From Isurus oxyrinchus (taxonomy: Eukaryota): a DNA stretch of 64,000 nt. Positions 51,283 to 64,000 of this stretch are shown piece by piece. Every line of letters begins with the position of its first letter. Position 1 is the first letter of the stretch. Below the pieces are notes generated by a model. It was given only the letters and a program-made list of their open reading frames with translations, had not been told where the DNA came from and searched no databases. The DNA lies in contig JANJGN010000007.1 of assembly GCA_026770705.1 (NCBI GenBank), forward strand, positions 112,778,001 to 112,842,000. The letters are read 5' to 3'. Both the position numbers and the translations under genes were made by a program.

Positions 51283-53062
51283 TAATCGCTGCAAATGTGG
51301 ATGGTCTTATCTGGTTTCAGTACAAGGACAATAGGTGCTGCCCATTCCGAAAATTGAACCGGATGTATGATGCCTAGTTGCTCCAGTCTGTTTAACTCAG
51401 CATCCGCTTTTTCTCTTAAAGCATATGGTACCGGTCTTGCTTTGATAAATCAGAGAATTGCCTCTGGATCAACATAAATCTTGGCTTGCAAGCCTTTGAT
51501 TTTTCCTTATTTGTTGTGAAAGATGCTGTCTTCTTTTTTTATCAATTCTAGCAGTCCTCCTGCCCGCACTTGAAAAATCTTGGACCAATTTAACTTGGTT
51601 TCTTTTAGCTAATCACGGCCCAGAAGGCTTGGTCCTTCCCTAGTCACTATTATTACTGGGGGCTGGGCTGACTGCTGCCCATAGTTCATAGGTACCATGG
51701 CAGTGCCTTTTACTTTTATGGCTTCTCCCATGTAAGTCTTCAACAGAGCAGAAGTTCTCTCCAGGCTTAAGGGTTGGGTACCTTCACTCAGATACTGAAA
51801 TGTGCGCTCACCCATCACTGTGACTGATGCCTCTGTATCCACCTCCATAACTAGAGGCTTCCCGTTTTACGTGAAGTGTGACAGTAATAGGGTTTGCCTT
51901 GACTGCTTTGTTATTTCAGGCTCTTTCACATTATGCACTTCTAACATCTTTGCTGGCTGGTTACTTGGCAGTCTAGGCTTAACTCTACGCTATTTTATCA
52001 AATGTCCTCTTTTGCGACAGTAGTGGCACTCGGCCTCCTTAAATCTACGTTTCAGGATTGTGGTTACCCCCACATCGGTAACAATTCAACTTCAGGATTG
52101 TTGTCTGATTGCCTCTGGTATACTTTTTTGATTTCTGGGTGATTGGGAATGATTTCAGCTTCACAGTTGTTTCCGCAGTTTTGGCACCACGCCTGGCTGC
52201 AGATTCCCACCCTAACAGGGAAACGGTGCCATTTTGCAAGCTCTGTGGCTTCTCCATATCTTTTTCAGCACTTTCCATGGCCAGTGCTACCTCCATTTCT
52301 TGTTTAAAATATATATGGACTTCTGCCAGCAATTGACGCTGAATGGTGTCATTGCGCACACCACAAACTAATTGATCCTGTAGCATACTTTCAAGCTTGC
52401 TCCGCAATCACAATGCTTTGACAATTGCTTCAACTTAGCGACATAAGTCGTGAGCAAGTCTCCTGAGGCCCTCACCCTCGTATTAAATTTGAATCTTTGA
52501 ATAATGACTGATGGTTTAGGTTGAAAATGTGCCTTCACTAAATCCACGAGCTCGCTGTACGATTTGGAGTCCAGCGTGCTTGGGGCTGTGAGACTGTGAA
52601 TAAGGTTGTAGGTTTCACTCCCACAGATGCTTAAGAGAATTGTTTTGCCTCCTCCCCTATTTCGTTGGCCTGGAAATAAAACCTGAGGTGCTCGATGTAT
52701 TAAGTCCAGTCCACCCCTTAAGGGGAGAAATATGTGTCGATCCTCCCAAAGAGAGGCATCCTGGTGAGTATATATATTTTTCCTTCTTTAAAACGAGATA
52801 CCCACAGCTGTTGGGTGAGAGACAGTGCCAGGATCATTTATCCTCATCATCAGATATCGAGATACACTACCGAGAGGCTGACAAACTTAATTTACAGTGC
52901 TGCTGGATTAGCTGCAGGCCTCTAGCAAGGCTATAATACACTGTAGACTAGGAAAGCTCTGCAATTTAAAAGCTTCCCTGTGCTCGGTGTTGATTGGCTG
53001 TTCTGACCATGTGACTCTTACTCAGTAAGGCTGGCCTTAAAGCAGCAATCACCACAGTAACA
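51283..53062 (-). mobile_element. Gypsy 5' half (LTR, gag, protease, start of RT)
   Basis: LQDQLVCGV; CYRCGGNH and CHYCRKRGH knuckles; MEVDTEASVT...SLLGRD; ARPVPYA...SEWAAPIV; putative LTR at about 52855-53062. Confidence 0.82.
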
Positions 53063-54257
53063 CATTGGCATGGATAAATGATTGGCTAGACAACAGGAAA
53101 TCAAGACTTGGCATAAATGGGTCTTTTTCTGGTTGGCAGGATGTAATCAATGGTGTGCCATAGGGATCAGTGTTGGGGTCTCAACTTTTTACAATTTATA
53201 TGAATGACTTGGATTAAGGGACCAAAGGTATGTTTGCTAAATGTGCTGATGACACAAAGATAGGTAGGAAATTAAGTTGTGATGAGGCCGTAAGGAGTCT
53301 ACAAAGGGACATAGATAGGTTAACTAAGTGGGCAAAGTTCTGGCAAATGGAGTATAATGTGGGAAAATGTGAAATTGTTCATTTTTGGTAAGAAGAATGA
53401 AAAATGCTTATTATCTAAATGGGGAATGCAGAGCTCTGAATTTCAGAGGGATCTGGGTGTCCTAGTGCATGAATAACAAAAGACTAGTATGCAGGTACAG
53501 CAGGTAATTAGGACAGGTAATAGAATGTTATTGTTTATTGTGAGGGGAATTGAATATAAAAGTAGGGAGGTTATGCTTCAGTTGTACAGGGCACTGGTGA
53601 GATCACATCTGGAGTATTGTGTACAGTATTGATCTCCTTTATTTCAGGAAAGATTTAAATGCATTGGAAGCAGTTCAGAGAAGCTTTACTAGGCTAATAC
53701 CAGGAATGGCGGGTTGTCTTACAAGGAAAGGTTGGATGGGCTAGACTTGTGTCCACTGGAGTTCAGAAGAGTAAGAAGCGACTTGATTGAAACCTTTAAG
53801 TTCCCAAGGGGTCTTGACAGGGTGGATGTGGAGAGTATGTTTCTCCTTGTGGGAGAATCTAGAACAAGGGGTCTCTGTTTAAAAATAAGGGGTCATCCAC
53901 TTAAGACAGAGATGAGGAGAATTTTTTCTCTCAGAGGATCATGAGTCTTTGGAATACTCTTCCTCAAAAGGCAGTGGAAGCAGGGTCTTTGGGTGGAATT
54001 GTCCCAGATTTGCACTATGTGCAGTGGTGGACGGGAAAAACAATGTTTTACCCACCGGCCACAATGGCGGCTTCTCACACGATATTGTCTCTATCCCTCC
54101 GCATTAATTATGCATTCCCAGAAAACATGCTGTTTTGGTGGTGGCGGGCTCTCATTCGCCATCACCTCACCACTTCCTCACACCTGGTGCCATATTTAAA
54201 TTGGATCTACACACACACATCTCAGTGCTTCCAACCCAGGACTGCTGCACAGAAGAC

Positions 54258-55918
54258 ATGGCCCCGAAAGGCAAGAAGACTGCAACCCCCTGGTTTAATG
54301 ACGCATCCCTCAAGCGCCTTTTGGACACATTGGAGGCCTGCCGTGATGTCCTCTACCCCAGCTCTGGCCGAAGGAGGGGCAGCAACATCATTAATCCATC
54401 ATGGGAGGTCGTGGCAGCGGTGGTCACCGCCCATGCCCTGCCAAAAATGACAGACACCTAGTGCCGCAACAGGATGAATGTTCTCATCTATTCTTCCAGG
54501 GTAAGTCACTCTTCTCATCACTCTCAACTCACACACTCTCAAACCCATCACAGATCCACAGGGATCTCACACCTCAAGGGACAACACCACTAACTCTCAC
54601 ACCCACCCTCACATCTCCATCAGGCTTGTATCCTCTGCAACTCTCATCCTCATCCCATCCATGCCTCCACTCACTACAGAAACATTTATGCAATGCCATG
54701 TGTTCTCTTCACACTCCACCTATTTACGTGCAGGAGAAGCTGGCTCACAACAGCAGGGCGTGCTCCCAGACCGGGGGTGAAGTGGCCCACATTAGACCCC
54801 TCACTCACTTTGAGTAGCGTGTCATCATGCTGACTGGTGAGGATGTGGACAGTGCCTGCTGCGATTGTCAGGTTGGCAGTGAACACCCAGTGTACCACAT
54901 CATCCCTCTCCCATTGCACATGTGAGTGCTCTCTCTCCTGCATTTGACTGTTGGTTCACAGGGAGCTCTGCCAAGTGACCGACACTCTCAGCCAGCCAGG
55001 CCTCAGCTCCATCCACATCCTCACCTCCAGCCAAGAGGACGCCTCCATTGATGAGCTGGAAATAAGCAGCCTGGAAAACCTGTCAAAGCGCTTACCCACG
55101 CCCTCCACCAGCGCAGAGACAGTCACTCCTCAGTGGGACCTAGATCTAGAGCAGGCTTGGGTTCACAATCTGGTGGTCACTGCACAGACACGTGTCCAGA
55201 GCAGGAGGAGACAGGTTCAGCAGAGTTTCCTGGCACTCAGAGGACTGCTGGAGAAGAGTCAGATGAGCTCTGAATTCGGCCTTCTAACTCATCGTGGAGA
55301 GTCAGCAGAAGATGGGGGGACATCACACAGAGTTGTTGAAAGTCCTCAAAAAATTGGCATGTGAGTCGAAGGAATGCATCCGCCTGCTCTCAGATAAAGT
55401 GGTGCCCACCTGTACACATATGGAGGTCTCCATGGGGAGGATGGCGGATGCCATGGGACCCTGGTCCAGGAAAATATGAAGATGTGTGCACAACTACATT
55501 CCATCGCGATAGTCATGGCTAAGTTCCTGCATTGGCGACGTGAGAGGGAAATGGGGCACCTCGACGTTCCCTTCAGGAAGTCAGGCTAGGGCCCTCGGGC
55601 AGCCAAAGGGAGGAGGAGCGGCAGCTGGACACCCCTGGATCATCCACTAAGGAATCCCAGAGGCTGTCCGCTCCCTATGAGTCCCCTTTGCCTGTGACCC
55701 CCTCAGCCTCATCCTCTGCCACTACAGAGGGAACAGCTGGCACATAGGAGGGCAGCCAAAGCAAGCCAGGGCCCCCAAGGCCTCAGCTCTCCAGAAGACC
55801 CACGCTGAAAGCATCATAGGTAACAGGGCCAACCAGTACATGAGCTGTCTCCACCCCTGCTGTGGATGTCAGGGCAGCAACTAGAAGCCTAAGGTATTCA
55901 AAAGTTAAGAAATTCTGA
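54258..55918 (+). pseudogene. Myb/SANT-like gene, three exons (54258-54500, 54734-54921, 54962-55918)
   Basis: MAPKGKKTATPWFNDASLKRLLD...WEVVAAVV...CRNRMN then GTAAGT; acceptor gcAG then EKLAHNSRACSQTGG; several stops. Confidence 0.75.
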
Positions 55919-57062
55919 TCACAGTTGGTTGCAGGGGTGAATACATTTTGTCACTTTACAATCTGGAAATGTATTCACTTTCACTGAATAATGTGTAATG
56001 GTGTCTTTCAGCTTCATTGACAGGCTGTACAAGTCCTCCCACTGCATCCCCCTGCACCCCCCCCCCCCTCCCCCCACACTAACAGTTCAGCTGCATGCAG
56101 ACGGCCCATGAGTGATTCTGGTGGAAGAAGTGTGTAACAGGGCCTGTTGGAGCCTCAAGGAAGCACTCTCCCATGCACACGAACCTTTTCCGCATCACAC
56201 TCATCTCAATGTCCTGAACATTTTCAATGCTGACCATCTGAACTGGCCTGCATCTTCATGAAGCACCTGATCTCGCCCACAATGTCTCTCGTTTAACGCT
56301 TGATTTAGCTAGCATGGTAGTGCTACAGTTTTTCTTGTGCTTCCCCATCCTTTCCCCTCCTCCAGTCACCCATTTTCTTTCCCCCATCACTGTCGACCCT
56401 CCCTGGCATCACCTTCCACCTCCCCTCTGTGACTGACCGGCCACAACCCTTTTCTTTCAGGGATGTGAAGGTGAATGCACGTTCCCTTCCTTCCCGAAAA
56501 TCCCACCCCACCCGCATTAACCTCCCCTGATCTCCTCCTTCCCACCACTAGGTTCAATGTCTGCCTCAGAGTCCCCACCAACTACCCTCGCCGTCCCTCC
56601 ATCGATACCATTGAATGCCCACCCTTGCACCTTACTGCCTCACTGTGCCCTTGGTCATTCTTAGCATCCCCTCGTACCATGCCCACCCTCAGTTTGCTCC
56701 ACAGGAGGCAGTCATGGACTCATCAGATCCCTCCCTTGCATGTTCAACTGGACATCCATCCCTCTGGACTCCTTCACTGTGTGGATCTCCTTCCCCCCTT
56801 AGATCTCCTCCCCTCCCCCACCCCCTTCCCCTCCCTGGAACTCCTTGCCCCCCCCGCACAAACTCCCCTCCGCCACCCCTCCTTTCTCACCACCCCACCC
56901 CAGTGGATTCCCCCTCCCCGGACTTCCATCGCTCCCACCCTTAGTCCTTTGTCCTTCCTGATCCTTCATACACCCTTATTTCTTTTTCCAGCCCTTACTC
57001 TTCTCCCTTCCTGACTCCTCCCTCCACCCTTACTCCTTCCCCTCTCTGCATTCCTTCCTCCA

Positions 57063-57860
57063 CTGGACTCCTCCCCCTCTCTGGACTCCTTCCTCCCCCT
57101 CTCTGGACTCCTTCCTCCCCCTCTCTGGACTCCTTCCTCCCCCTCTCTGGACTCCTCCTTCCCCCACTCTGGACTCCTTCCTCCCCCTCTCTGGACTCCT
57201 TCCTCCCCCTCTCTGGACTCCTTCCTCCCCCTCTCTGGACTCCTTCCTCCCCCTCTCTGGACTCCTTCCTCCCCCTCTCTGGACTCCTTCCTCCCCCTCT
57301 CTGGACTCCTTCCTCCCCCTCTCTGGACTCCTTCCTCCCCCTCTCTGGACTCCTTCCTCCCCCTCTCTGGACTCCTTCCTCCCCCTCTCTGGACTCCTTC
57401 CTCCCCCTCTCTGGACTCCTTCCTCCCCCTCTCTGGACTCCTTCCTCCCCCTCTCTGGACTCCTTCCTCCCCCTCTCTGGACTCCTTCCTCCCCCTCTCT
57501 GGACTCCTTCCTCCCCCTCTCTGGACTCCTTCCTCCCCCTCTCTGGACTCCTTCCTCCCCCTCTCTGGACTCCTTCCTCCCCCTCTCTGGACTCCTTCCT
57601 CCCCCTCTCTGGACTCCTTCCTCCCCCTCTCTGGACTCCTTCCTCCCCCTCTCTGGACTCCTTCCTCCCCCTCTCTGGACTCCTTCCTCCCCCTCTCTGG
57701 ACTCCTTCCTCCCCCTCTCTGGACTCCTTCCTCCCCCTCTCTGGACTCCTTCCTCCCCCTCTCTGGACTCCTTCCTCCCCCTCTCTGGACTCCTTCCTCC
57801 CCCTCTCTGGACTCCTTCCTCCCCCTCTCTGGACTCCTTCCTCCCCCTCTCTGGACTCCT
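57063..57860 (+). repeat. 22-bp minisatellite, about 36 near-identical copies
   Basis: Unit CTGGACTCCTTCCTCCCCCTCT. Confidence 0.97.
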
Positions 57861-58414
57861 TCCCTTACACCTTCCACTCCCCTTATGCCTGCCTCCCCAG
57901 TTGCCTTCTTCTTCCCCATTACCTCCTCCTCCCTTACTCCTACCTCCCTAGTTGCCATCTTCTCTCCCATTACCACCTCCTCCCTCCACAGTTTTCCCTG
58001 ACCCCTTTGCTCCCCTCTCATCTGCCTCCCCTGACCTTTTCCACTCCCCTGCCCCCAACACCCCTTCCTCTCCCAGTCAATCCTTGATCTTCCTTTCCCA
58101 AACCCCCGGTACATCTTCCTCTCCCAAACACAGCTTGACTTTCTGCACCCCCTTGACCATCATCCATTGTGAGCAGCCCCTCCATGGTGACTTTACACTT
58201 TCTGTGAGTTGCTTCGCGGCAGAGCCATGTGCCTGAGAATCCACCCAGCATGCCATGGACGTTCCTCCAGGGTTCCATTGCTGTCAGGCTCCAGCATCTT
58301 CTGCTCTTTGGATGTCTGCGATGTAAGCAAGGCCCTGCCATTAAGTCCCGACTTCTGCACATTACGCTCATCTGCACCGGCATGTTTTCCCACCGACATG
58401 GGCGGACGATCCAG

Positions 58415-58840
58415 TGTCATAGAGTCATAGAGGTCTACAGCACAGAAAAAGGCCCTTTGGCCCATCGAGTCTGCACCAGTCAAACAAGTACCAAACTATT
58501 CTAATCCCATTTTCCAGCACTAGGCCCATAGCCTTGTATGCCATGGCTTCGCAAGTGCACATCCAAATACTTCTGAAATGTTCTGCCTCTATCACCCTTT
58601 CAGGCAGTGAGTTCCAGATTCCTACCACCCTCTGGGTGAAAAAAATTCCTCCTCACATCCCCTCTAAACCTCCTGCTCCTTACCTTAAATCAATACCCCC
58701 TGGTTATTGATCCTTCCACCAAGGGGAAGAGTTCATTCCTGTCTACTCTATCTATGCCTCTCATAATATTATACACCTCAGTCATGTCCCCCCTCAATCT
58801 CCTCTGCTCCAAGGAAAATAATCCCAGTGTATCCAATCTC
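58415..58840 (-). mobile_element. CR1 3' end inserted within the Harbinger
   Basis: LGLFSLEQRRLRGDMTEVYNIMRG...; (ctatgact)n tail. Confidence 0.85.
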
Positions 58841-61351
58841 GGTGTGGGGGAATGATTCCGGCAGGTTGGCCTTATAATGATATGCAGATATGCTACAATG
58901 AGGTTCACGATGTCCAATGGTGGGAAACATGCCTGCCATTGACAGGCGGAGTGGACAATCTCAAATTGGTTTCACGACATCGTGAAACCAATTTTTGGCC
59001 TTCTCGCCATATTGTCCGCTCATGCTGCCAAACACGCCTGAATCCAGCGGGCACAGAAATTTCTGTCCTTTGAATATTTTTAAGGCAGAGCTAGGTAGAT
59101 TCTTGATAAGCTAGGGGGTGAAAGGTTATTGGGGCCAGGTGGTAATGTGGAGTTGAGATTACAGCCATGATCTTATTGAAGGGCGGAGCAGGCTTGAGGA
59201 GCCAAGTGGCCTACTCCTGCTCCTAATTCGCATGTTCATATGAGGGGGTCTCCACTTCCTCATCAGCACTTCATTTTTAATGTAGTAACTTTCAGAGATT
59301 GCCTCTGCCTCAGCTTCAGTTTGGGAAGCCTGATCTAACTTTTGTAACAACGGGTCAGCTTGCTGAGCTGCAACCATGGAAAACCTACTTGGGGTCCTCT
59401 GGACTCCCAAAAATGATGTCAGATAACTAGACAGTAGTGTCATCTGTTTGCAGTGCCACTTCAGCCACCTCAGATGGAGTTTTTCTGGCCATAGACCAGG
59501 CTAACACACCACCAGGGAAAATGCCAGACATTTCCTCCTCCAGCTGTTCTGTCTCCCTGCCCTCGGTCAGCTTCTTTGAGTCTACTGGGGATGCTATCAC
59601 TTTTGATGTTGCCAGGTCATTGCCAAGGAGCAGGTCAACTCTGACCACAGGCAAACTGGGGATGATTCCCACGGTCACCAGTCCTGACACATGGTTGAAT
59701 TCCAGGTGCCTCTGGTATAAGAGGATTGGCATGTACCCTCCTTCAATACCCTTTACCAACACCTTGGGCAGTTACTGCACTCTCTGGTGGAAAGGTCGTG
59801 CCTTTTCTCAGCAATAGAGTTTGGTTGGCTCCTGTGTCTCTCAGTATCACTATAGTCTTACTTGCCTCGCTCTGGGGAAATATAGCCACTTTTCCTTCTG
59901 ATGCAAAATCTTTGTAACTCACAGATTTTTTTAAACTCACTTGCATTCAGTAGTACGTTTACAGGGATTTGCTGCTGCAGTCAAAGCCATAGCTTGTCCT
60001 GCTATGCGCTGTGTCTGACTCCCATTTTCTGTGCGGGGTTTGTGTTTTCCAACAAATCCACGAGTTTTTCCCCGTAACATCCAGCAATCAGCACAGATGT
60101 GTTCTGACTTGTGTCAGTTAAAACACTCCTCAGCAGCATCCTTTCTGGCCTGAGGAGGGTCCCTTGTGTTTCCAGCTGTCCCTTCTCTCCCATGAGTACT
60201 CAGTTTCCTATCACTCTCCCACCTTCTATCCTTCTCATTTGGTTGGGGGTGACTAGGGAAGGATTTCCTTTGGGATGAGGGTTTGCGGACAAGCTCATAA
60301 TTATCAGCCAGGGCTGCTGCCTGTGTGACCCATGTTACTCTCTGTTCCTCTATGTAATTCTTATCAGGAAAGGTATGGAAGTTTTCAACTCCTCAAGGAG
60401 AATTATTTCACAAAGGTTGCTCAATTTTAAGTGCATGTACCCACTGTCAAAAGCAAGCTGCATAAGCCATTCAAATTCCAGGTACGTTTGTCAGGTCGTT
60501 TCCTAAGGGTAAGGAATTTATGACTATACACTTCTGGCACTAACTGTTATGCATTTAGAATCACCCTTTTTGCTGCCTCATGGATTGTTGCACTTTCCTC
60601 AGGCAAGAGGGAGTAAACCTCATGAGTTTTTCCTGTCACCTTACTCTGCAACAGCAGAGACCAGTGTTGGGCTGGCCACTTTGACTGCTGTGCCAACCAT
60701 TCAAAAGAAGTGAAGAAGGCACCCATCGCTTCTTCATCAAACTTGGGTTTAAATGGGCAAACTGGAACACCTCAGCCCCGAAGATGGTTCCCTCACCAGG
60801 GGTGTCTTCAATGGGCACAGTGGGACCATTCGTTCACAGCTTGAGCTGTTTTAATTTAAACTCCCTTTCCTTTTCTCTTTCCTAGAATTCTCTTTCCTCC
60901 TTCAGTTCCTGCATTTCTCTCTTTTTCCCATTCCTGCCTCTGTCTCTCTTTATCCTGTTCCTCAAACTCCAGTTCCAATTTCTGCTACTCCACTCTTAAT
61001 TTCTCTGCCGCTAATTTATCTATTTCAGTGTCCTCAATTTCAACCTCCAGATTTTTTGCCACCCATTTTAAAATTTCAATTTCTCTGGCTTTCGGGCAGA
61101 ACTCCACCTCTAAATGCCGAGCTACACCTTTTAATAGTTCCAAGGACAGTGCTCATAACTTCTCACCAGATACCTCATCCTTGTCTATGAAAGTGTTGAT
61201 ATCGATTGTGGACATTTTAGCACTTTAGTATTGCAAACCCAAGGAAACCTTTTGTAGTTTGTTTAATTGCTTTTGAAGGGACAATTTACTTTCCCCACTC
61301 CAATTCTCTTGTCAGTCTGTAGGAACAATTCCGGGCATTAGGCCCCAAATT

Positions 61352-62280
61352 TGTTATGACCTGATTAGAAGGGGCAAATTGGCTCACTTCTATACAACCT
61401 CCTCATTTGGTCACAACAAAGGCTTAAGTTTCTTTTTCATGAGGATATGCTTTTTCCAAATCATAATGTATTTAACTATTTAAGCTGTGAGCAATAAGGA
61501 ACCGATCAAGCAACTTTTTCTTAAGTCAAAGAAAGTGCAAATTTAATAACCACTAATAATAATAAAAATGTGACATCAAGCATTCAGCCCTCATGCAGTC
61601 ATTCAAGCCCACACACACACAGGTATCAGAAATAAGGGGAATTAGAGTCCAATAAAAAAAGATAAAAGAATATCCAGTTAAGTGTCCTTTGTTTGTCTTG
61701 AGGCGTAGATTACAAGTGCTGCGATCAGTTTGAGTTAGCTGGTTTCTTGGATGTGGCCAGATGTAGGAGATGTTGCAATTATCACAAGATCTCAGTTCAC
61801 TGATAGGTTTCTGGTAGAATTGGCTTCTCAAACCAGGAGTATGTTTATTCCAAAAGAGAGAGAGGGAGAGAGAGCAGCCTTCAATTGTTTCCTCTGCTGA
61901 AGACTTTCTTGACACTGCCTGTATCACCTGCAATCTCTCTCTAGTGTCTGGGCAGCCTTGCCTTGAAATATTTCACTCATTGTGTATTTCCAAGAGGTTG
62001 TCTGTCTGTCAGTCTGTCTGTCTGTGGCAACCATTGTTTCAATATCCAGTAGTTTGCATTTTTAGTGTCCCTTCCTTTGACAGTTAGAAGTTTCGATGGG
62101 TGTCTGGATTATGGAAAATGTCTTTCTTTTCACACTCACCTGAGGGTGATTTGTTTGGTTCTCCCCTTCACCTTGGAATGTGACCTTGCATTTTTAAGCA
62201 GTTTGCTCTGTCTCAGTTCAGATTGCAAAATTTCCAGTCAGTTGAAATTTTCAAAAATAAAGGGGCATAGCCTTGTGACA
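61352..62280 (-). repeat. 5' LTR of the Gmr1-like element
   Basis: TGTTATGA...GTGACA. Confidence 0.88.
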
Positions 62281-62344
62281 AATCACCCTCTAAGAGGAAT
62301 TATTCACCACTGAACCTATCAAACCATCAGTTCCAACTTAGCAG

Positions 62345-62790
62345 CAGTTGCATGGTATTAATTATACTCCTGTCAGTACTCTCACCTCCTTTAGGTTGTG
62401 AGTTTGAGCACATGAACTAGACTGTCACTCCAGTGAGGTACTGAGGGAGTCCTTCACTGTCAGAGGGCCCATCTTTTAGATGAAATGTTAAAACGAAGCC
62501 CTGTCTGCCTTCTCAGATAGTTGTCAAAGTTCCCATGGTACTTGAAGAAAAGCAAGTGTGATCTACCTAGTGTGGTGCTCAATATTAATCCTGCAACCAA
62601 TGTCACTGAAATAGATTATCTGTCCATTTATCACATTGCTGTTTGTGGGAGCTTGCTATGTGCAAATTGACTGCCACATTTCCTACATGATAAGAGTGAC
62701 TGCATTTCAAAACACTTCATTGACCATAAAATGCTTTGGGATGTCCTGATGTCATGAAAGGTGCTAAATGAAAACAAGTTCTTTCTTCTT
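62345..62790 (+). mobile_element. Deu-domain SINE
   Basis: Core cagattatctgtccatttatcacattgctgtttgtggga-like; 3' aagttctttc. Confidence 0.72.
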
Positions 62791-63510
62791 TGTTCTTGTA
62801 AAGCATCAAATTCCCAATTATCCTCAATTTACTGTGAACAATGTCACAGCAGATCTAAGAGTAGGGTACGCAGTTTAAAAAAAAATCAGAATATTCTTCC
62901 TGTGTGATAGAATTAGAAGTGCATTCTTAGAGCTAGGTTTCTGAAACAGGGAACTCATTCAGATTTCAGTGTCCAATAATGAAGAAGTCAAAGTGGAGAA
63001 AAGATTGAAACAGAACTGATATTTTGTCCATGGATGTCTTCAATGTGAATGTGTTAGTAATATCTCATGGGAGAACATCACTTCTGCACTCGAATTAGTT
63101 ACATGTAAATTGAGGGTGTCCAGTGCGGACATTCAGAATCATTTCTATGATCGCTAACTGGAAAGCCAAAAATTAAATACATGATTGGGCCATTTGGCCA
63201 GATTGAACCATGCCACTGGGCACCTAGACCGTGGAAGTGAATAAGTTTAATGCTCATATAATTCTGTAGTATTGTGGCCATGTAACCCTATGTGATAACT
63301 AGCCAGTAGGTTACTTGTTCCTCTTTATGATAGATACCATGTGGTACATTCCAGTTAAATAACTTCTACATCTGACCATGTCCAAGAAACTAGCTAACCC
63401 AAATTGACTGCAGCATTTATAATCTATGCTTCAAGACAATCAAAGGACATTTAACTGTATATTCTTTTACCTTTTATTTATTGGACTCTATTTCTCCTAA
63501 TTTCTGATAC

Positions 63511-63550
63511 GTGTGTGTGTGTGTGTGTGTGTCTGTGTCTGTGTGTGTCT

Positions 63551-63584
<34 letters not shown>
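63511..63584. repeat. (GT)n/(GTGTCT)n microsatellite
   Basis: Directly visible. Confidence 0.95.
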
Positions 63585-64000
63585 TCGCATAACTGCATGA
63601 GGGCTGAATGCGCTCTTGATTAATTAGGTGCTCTTTAAAGGGATAGTGATTCCCTATAGGCTCCATGCAACAATATCTTTGTTGAAGGTCGATATCTCCT
63701 ATAGGTTAGCGTTCCATGGTTAGAAAACTATTCCATAAGTGTGTTATTGTGCTTCACAATAAACCTATCTTGTTTAAGGATACTCAGGAGGTGGCAGCAC
63801 GGTACTCCAACAGTGTTGAGGCCATTTGTTAAAAAGCAACAATTTCTGGGCCCCCTTCTAGTTGCCACCTTACAGATAATGACATCATAGTATAATGGCT
63901 GTGGGAGAGCACTTGCAATATAAAGTGATTACCTCCTGCTTCTAATTGTATATTCATGTGTCCTTCGTTAATACCAGTCCAATTAGGTCTGCATCTTGAG

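Larger units (their letters stand above)
53991..59068 (+). mobile_element. Non-autonomous Harbinger carrying the Myb/SANT gene
   Basis: Termini GGGTGGAATT and AAATTTCTGTCC; TSD TTT at 53988-53990 and 59069-59071, whose removal restores the CR1 sequence. Confidence 0.82.
53063..59232 (+). mobile_element. CR1 ORF2 RT 3' portion (53063-53990 and 59072-59232), split by a Harbinger
   Basis: GVP*GSVLGS, KCADDTK, RRVRSDLIETFK; reading resumes at gaatatttttaaggcagag; 3' tail ctcctaattcgcatgttcatatg. Confidence 0.85.
48664..62280 (-). mobile_element. Gmr1-like Gypsy LTR retrotransposon, internally deleted and heavily nested
   Basis: LTRs at 48664-49854 and 61352-62280; flanks AACC/AATC; decayed tRNA-Pro-like PBS near 61330-61349; gag and protease (ILRDTGANQT) at 61230-59240; RNase H C-terminus (FLQPYHLKIT...IAD) at 50370-49970 next to the 3' LTR. 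Confidence 0.85.

Noticed and set aside
57063-57860. Possible CRISPR-like array
   Set aside because: Units are contiguous with no unique spacers, and the context is eukaryotic.
56966-58114. 382-aa R/G/E/S-rich ORF
   Set aside because: It is the translation of the 22-bp minisatellite (three units give 22 aa); no evidence for a gene.

Overview
Repeat-dense vertebrate intergenic or intronic DNA, most likely from a cartilaginous fish (inferred from the CR1, Deu-domain SINE, Penelope and Harbinger repeat set). I found no convincing host coding exon. From left to right: (1) an ERV-like LTR element on the minus strand (1-10339) with a tRNA-Ser PBS, PPT, splice signals and a decayed ~600-codon type-I membrane glycoprotein gene but no recognisable gag or pol, interrupted by a two-gene Harbinger and a SINE; (2) further Harbinger elements and a MITE; (3) CR1-type LINE fragments; (4) an APE-RT LINE whose 5' end is a tRNA-like Pol III head shared with local SINEs and whose sense strand is nearly free of T4 terminators; (5) a CpG-rich unique segment near 31.5-32.9 kb; (6) Penelope-like elements with minimal hammerhead ribozymes, including a young subfamily with a CUGUCGA core in place of CUGANGA; (7) a Gmr1-type Gypsy element (48664-62280) containing a four-level nest of other elements. 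All calls were made by eye, and boundaries of decayed repeats are approximate.
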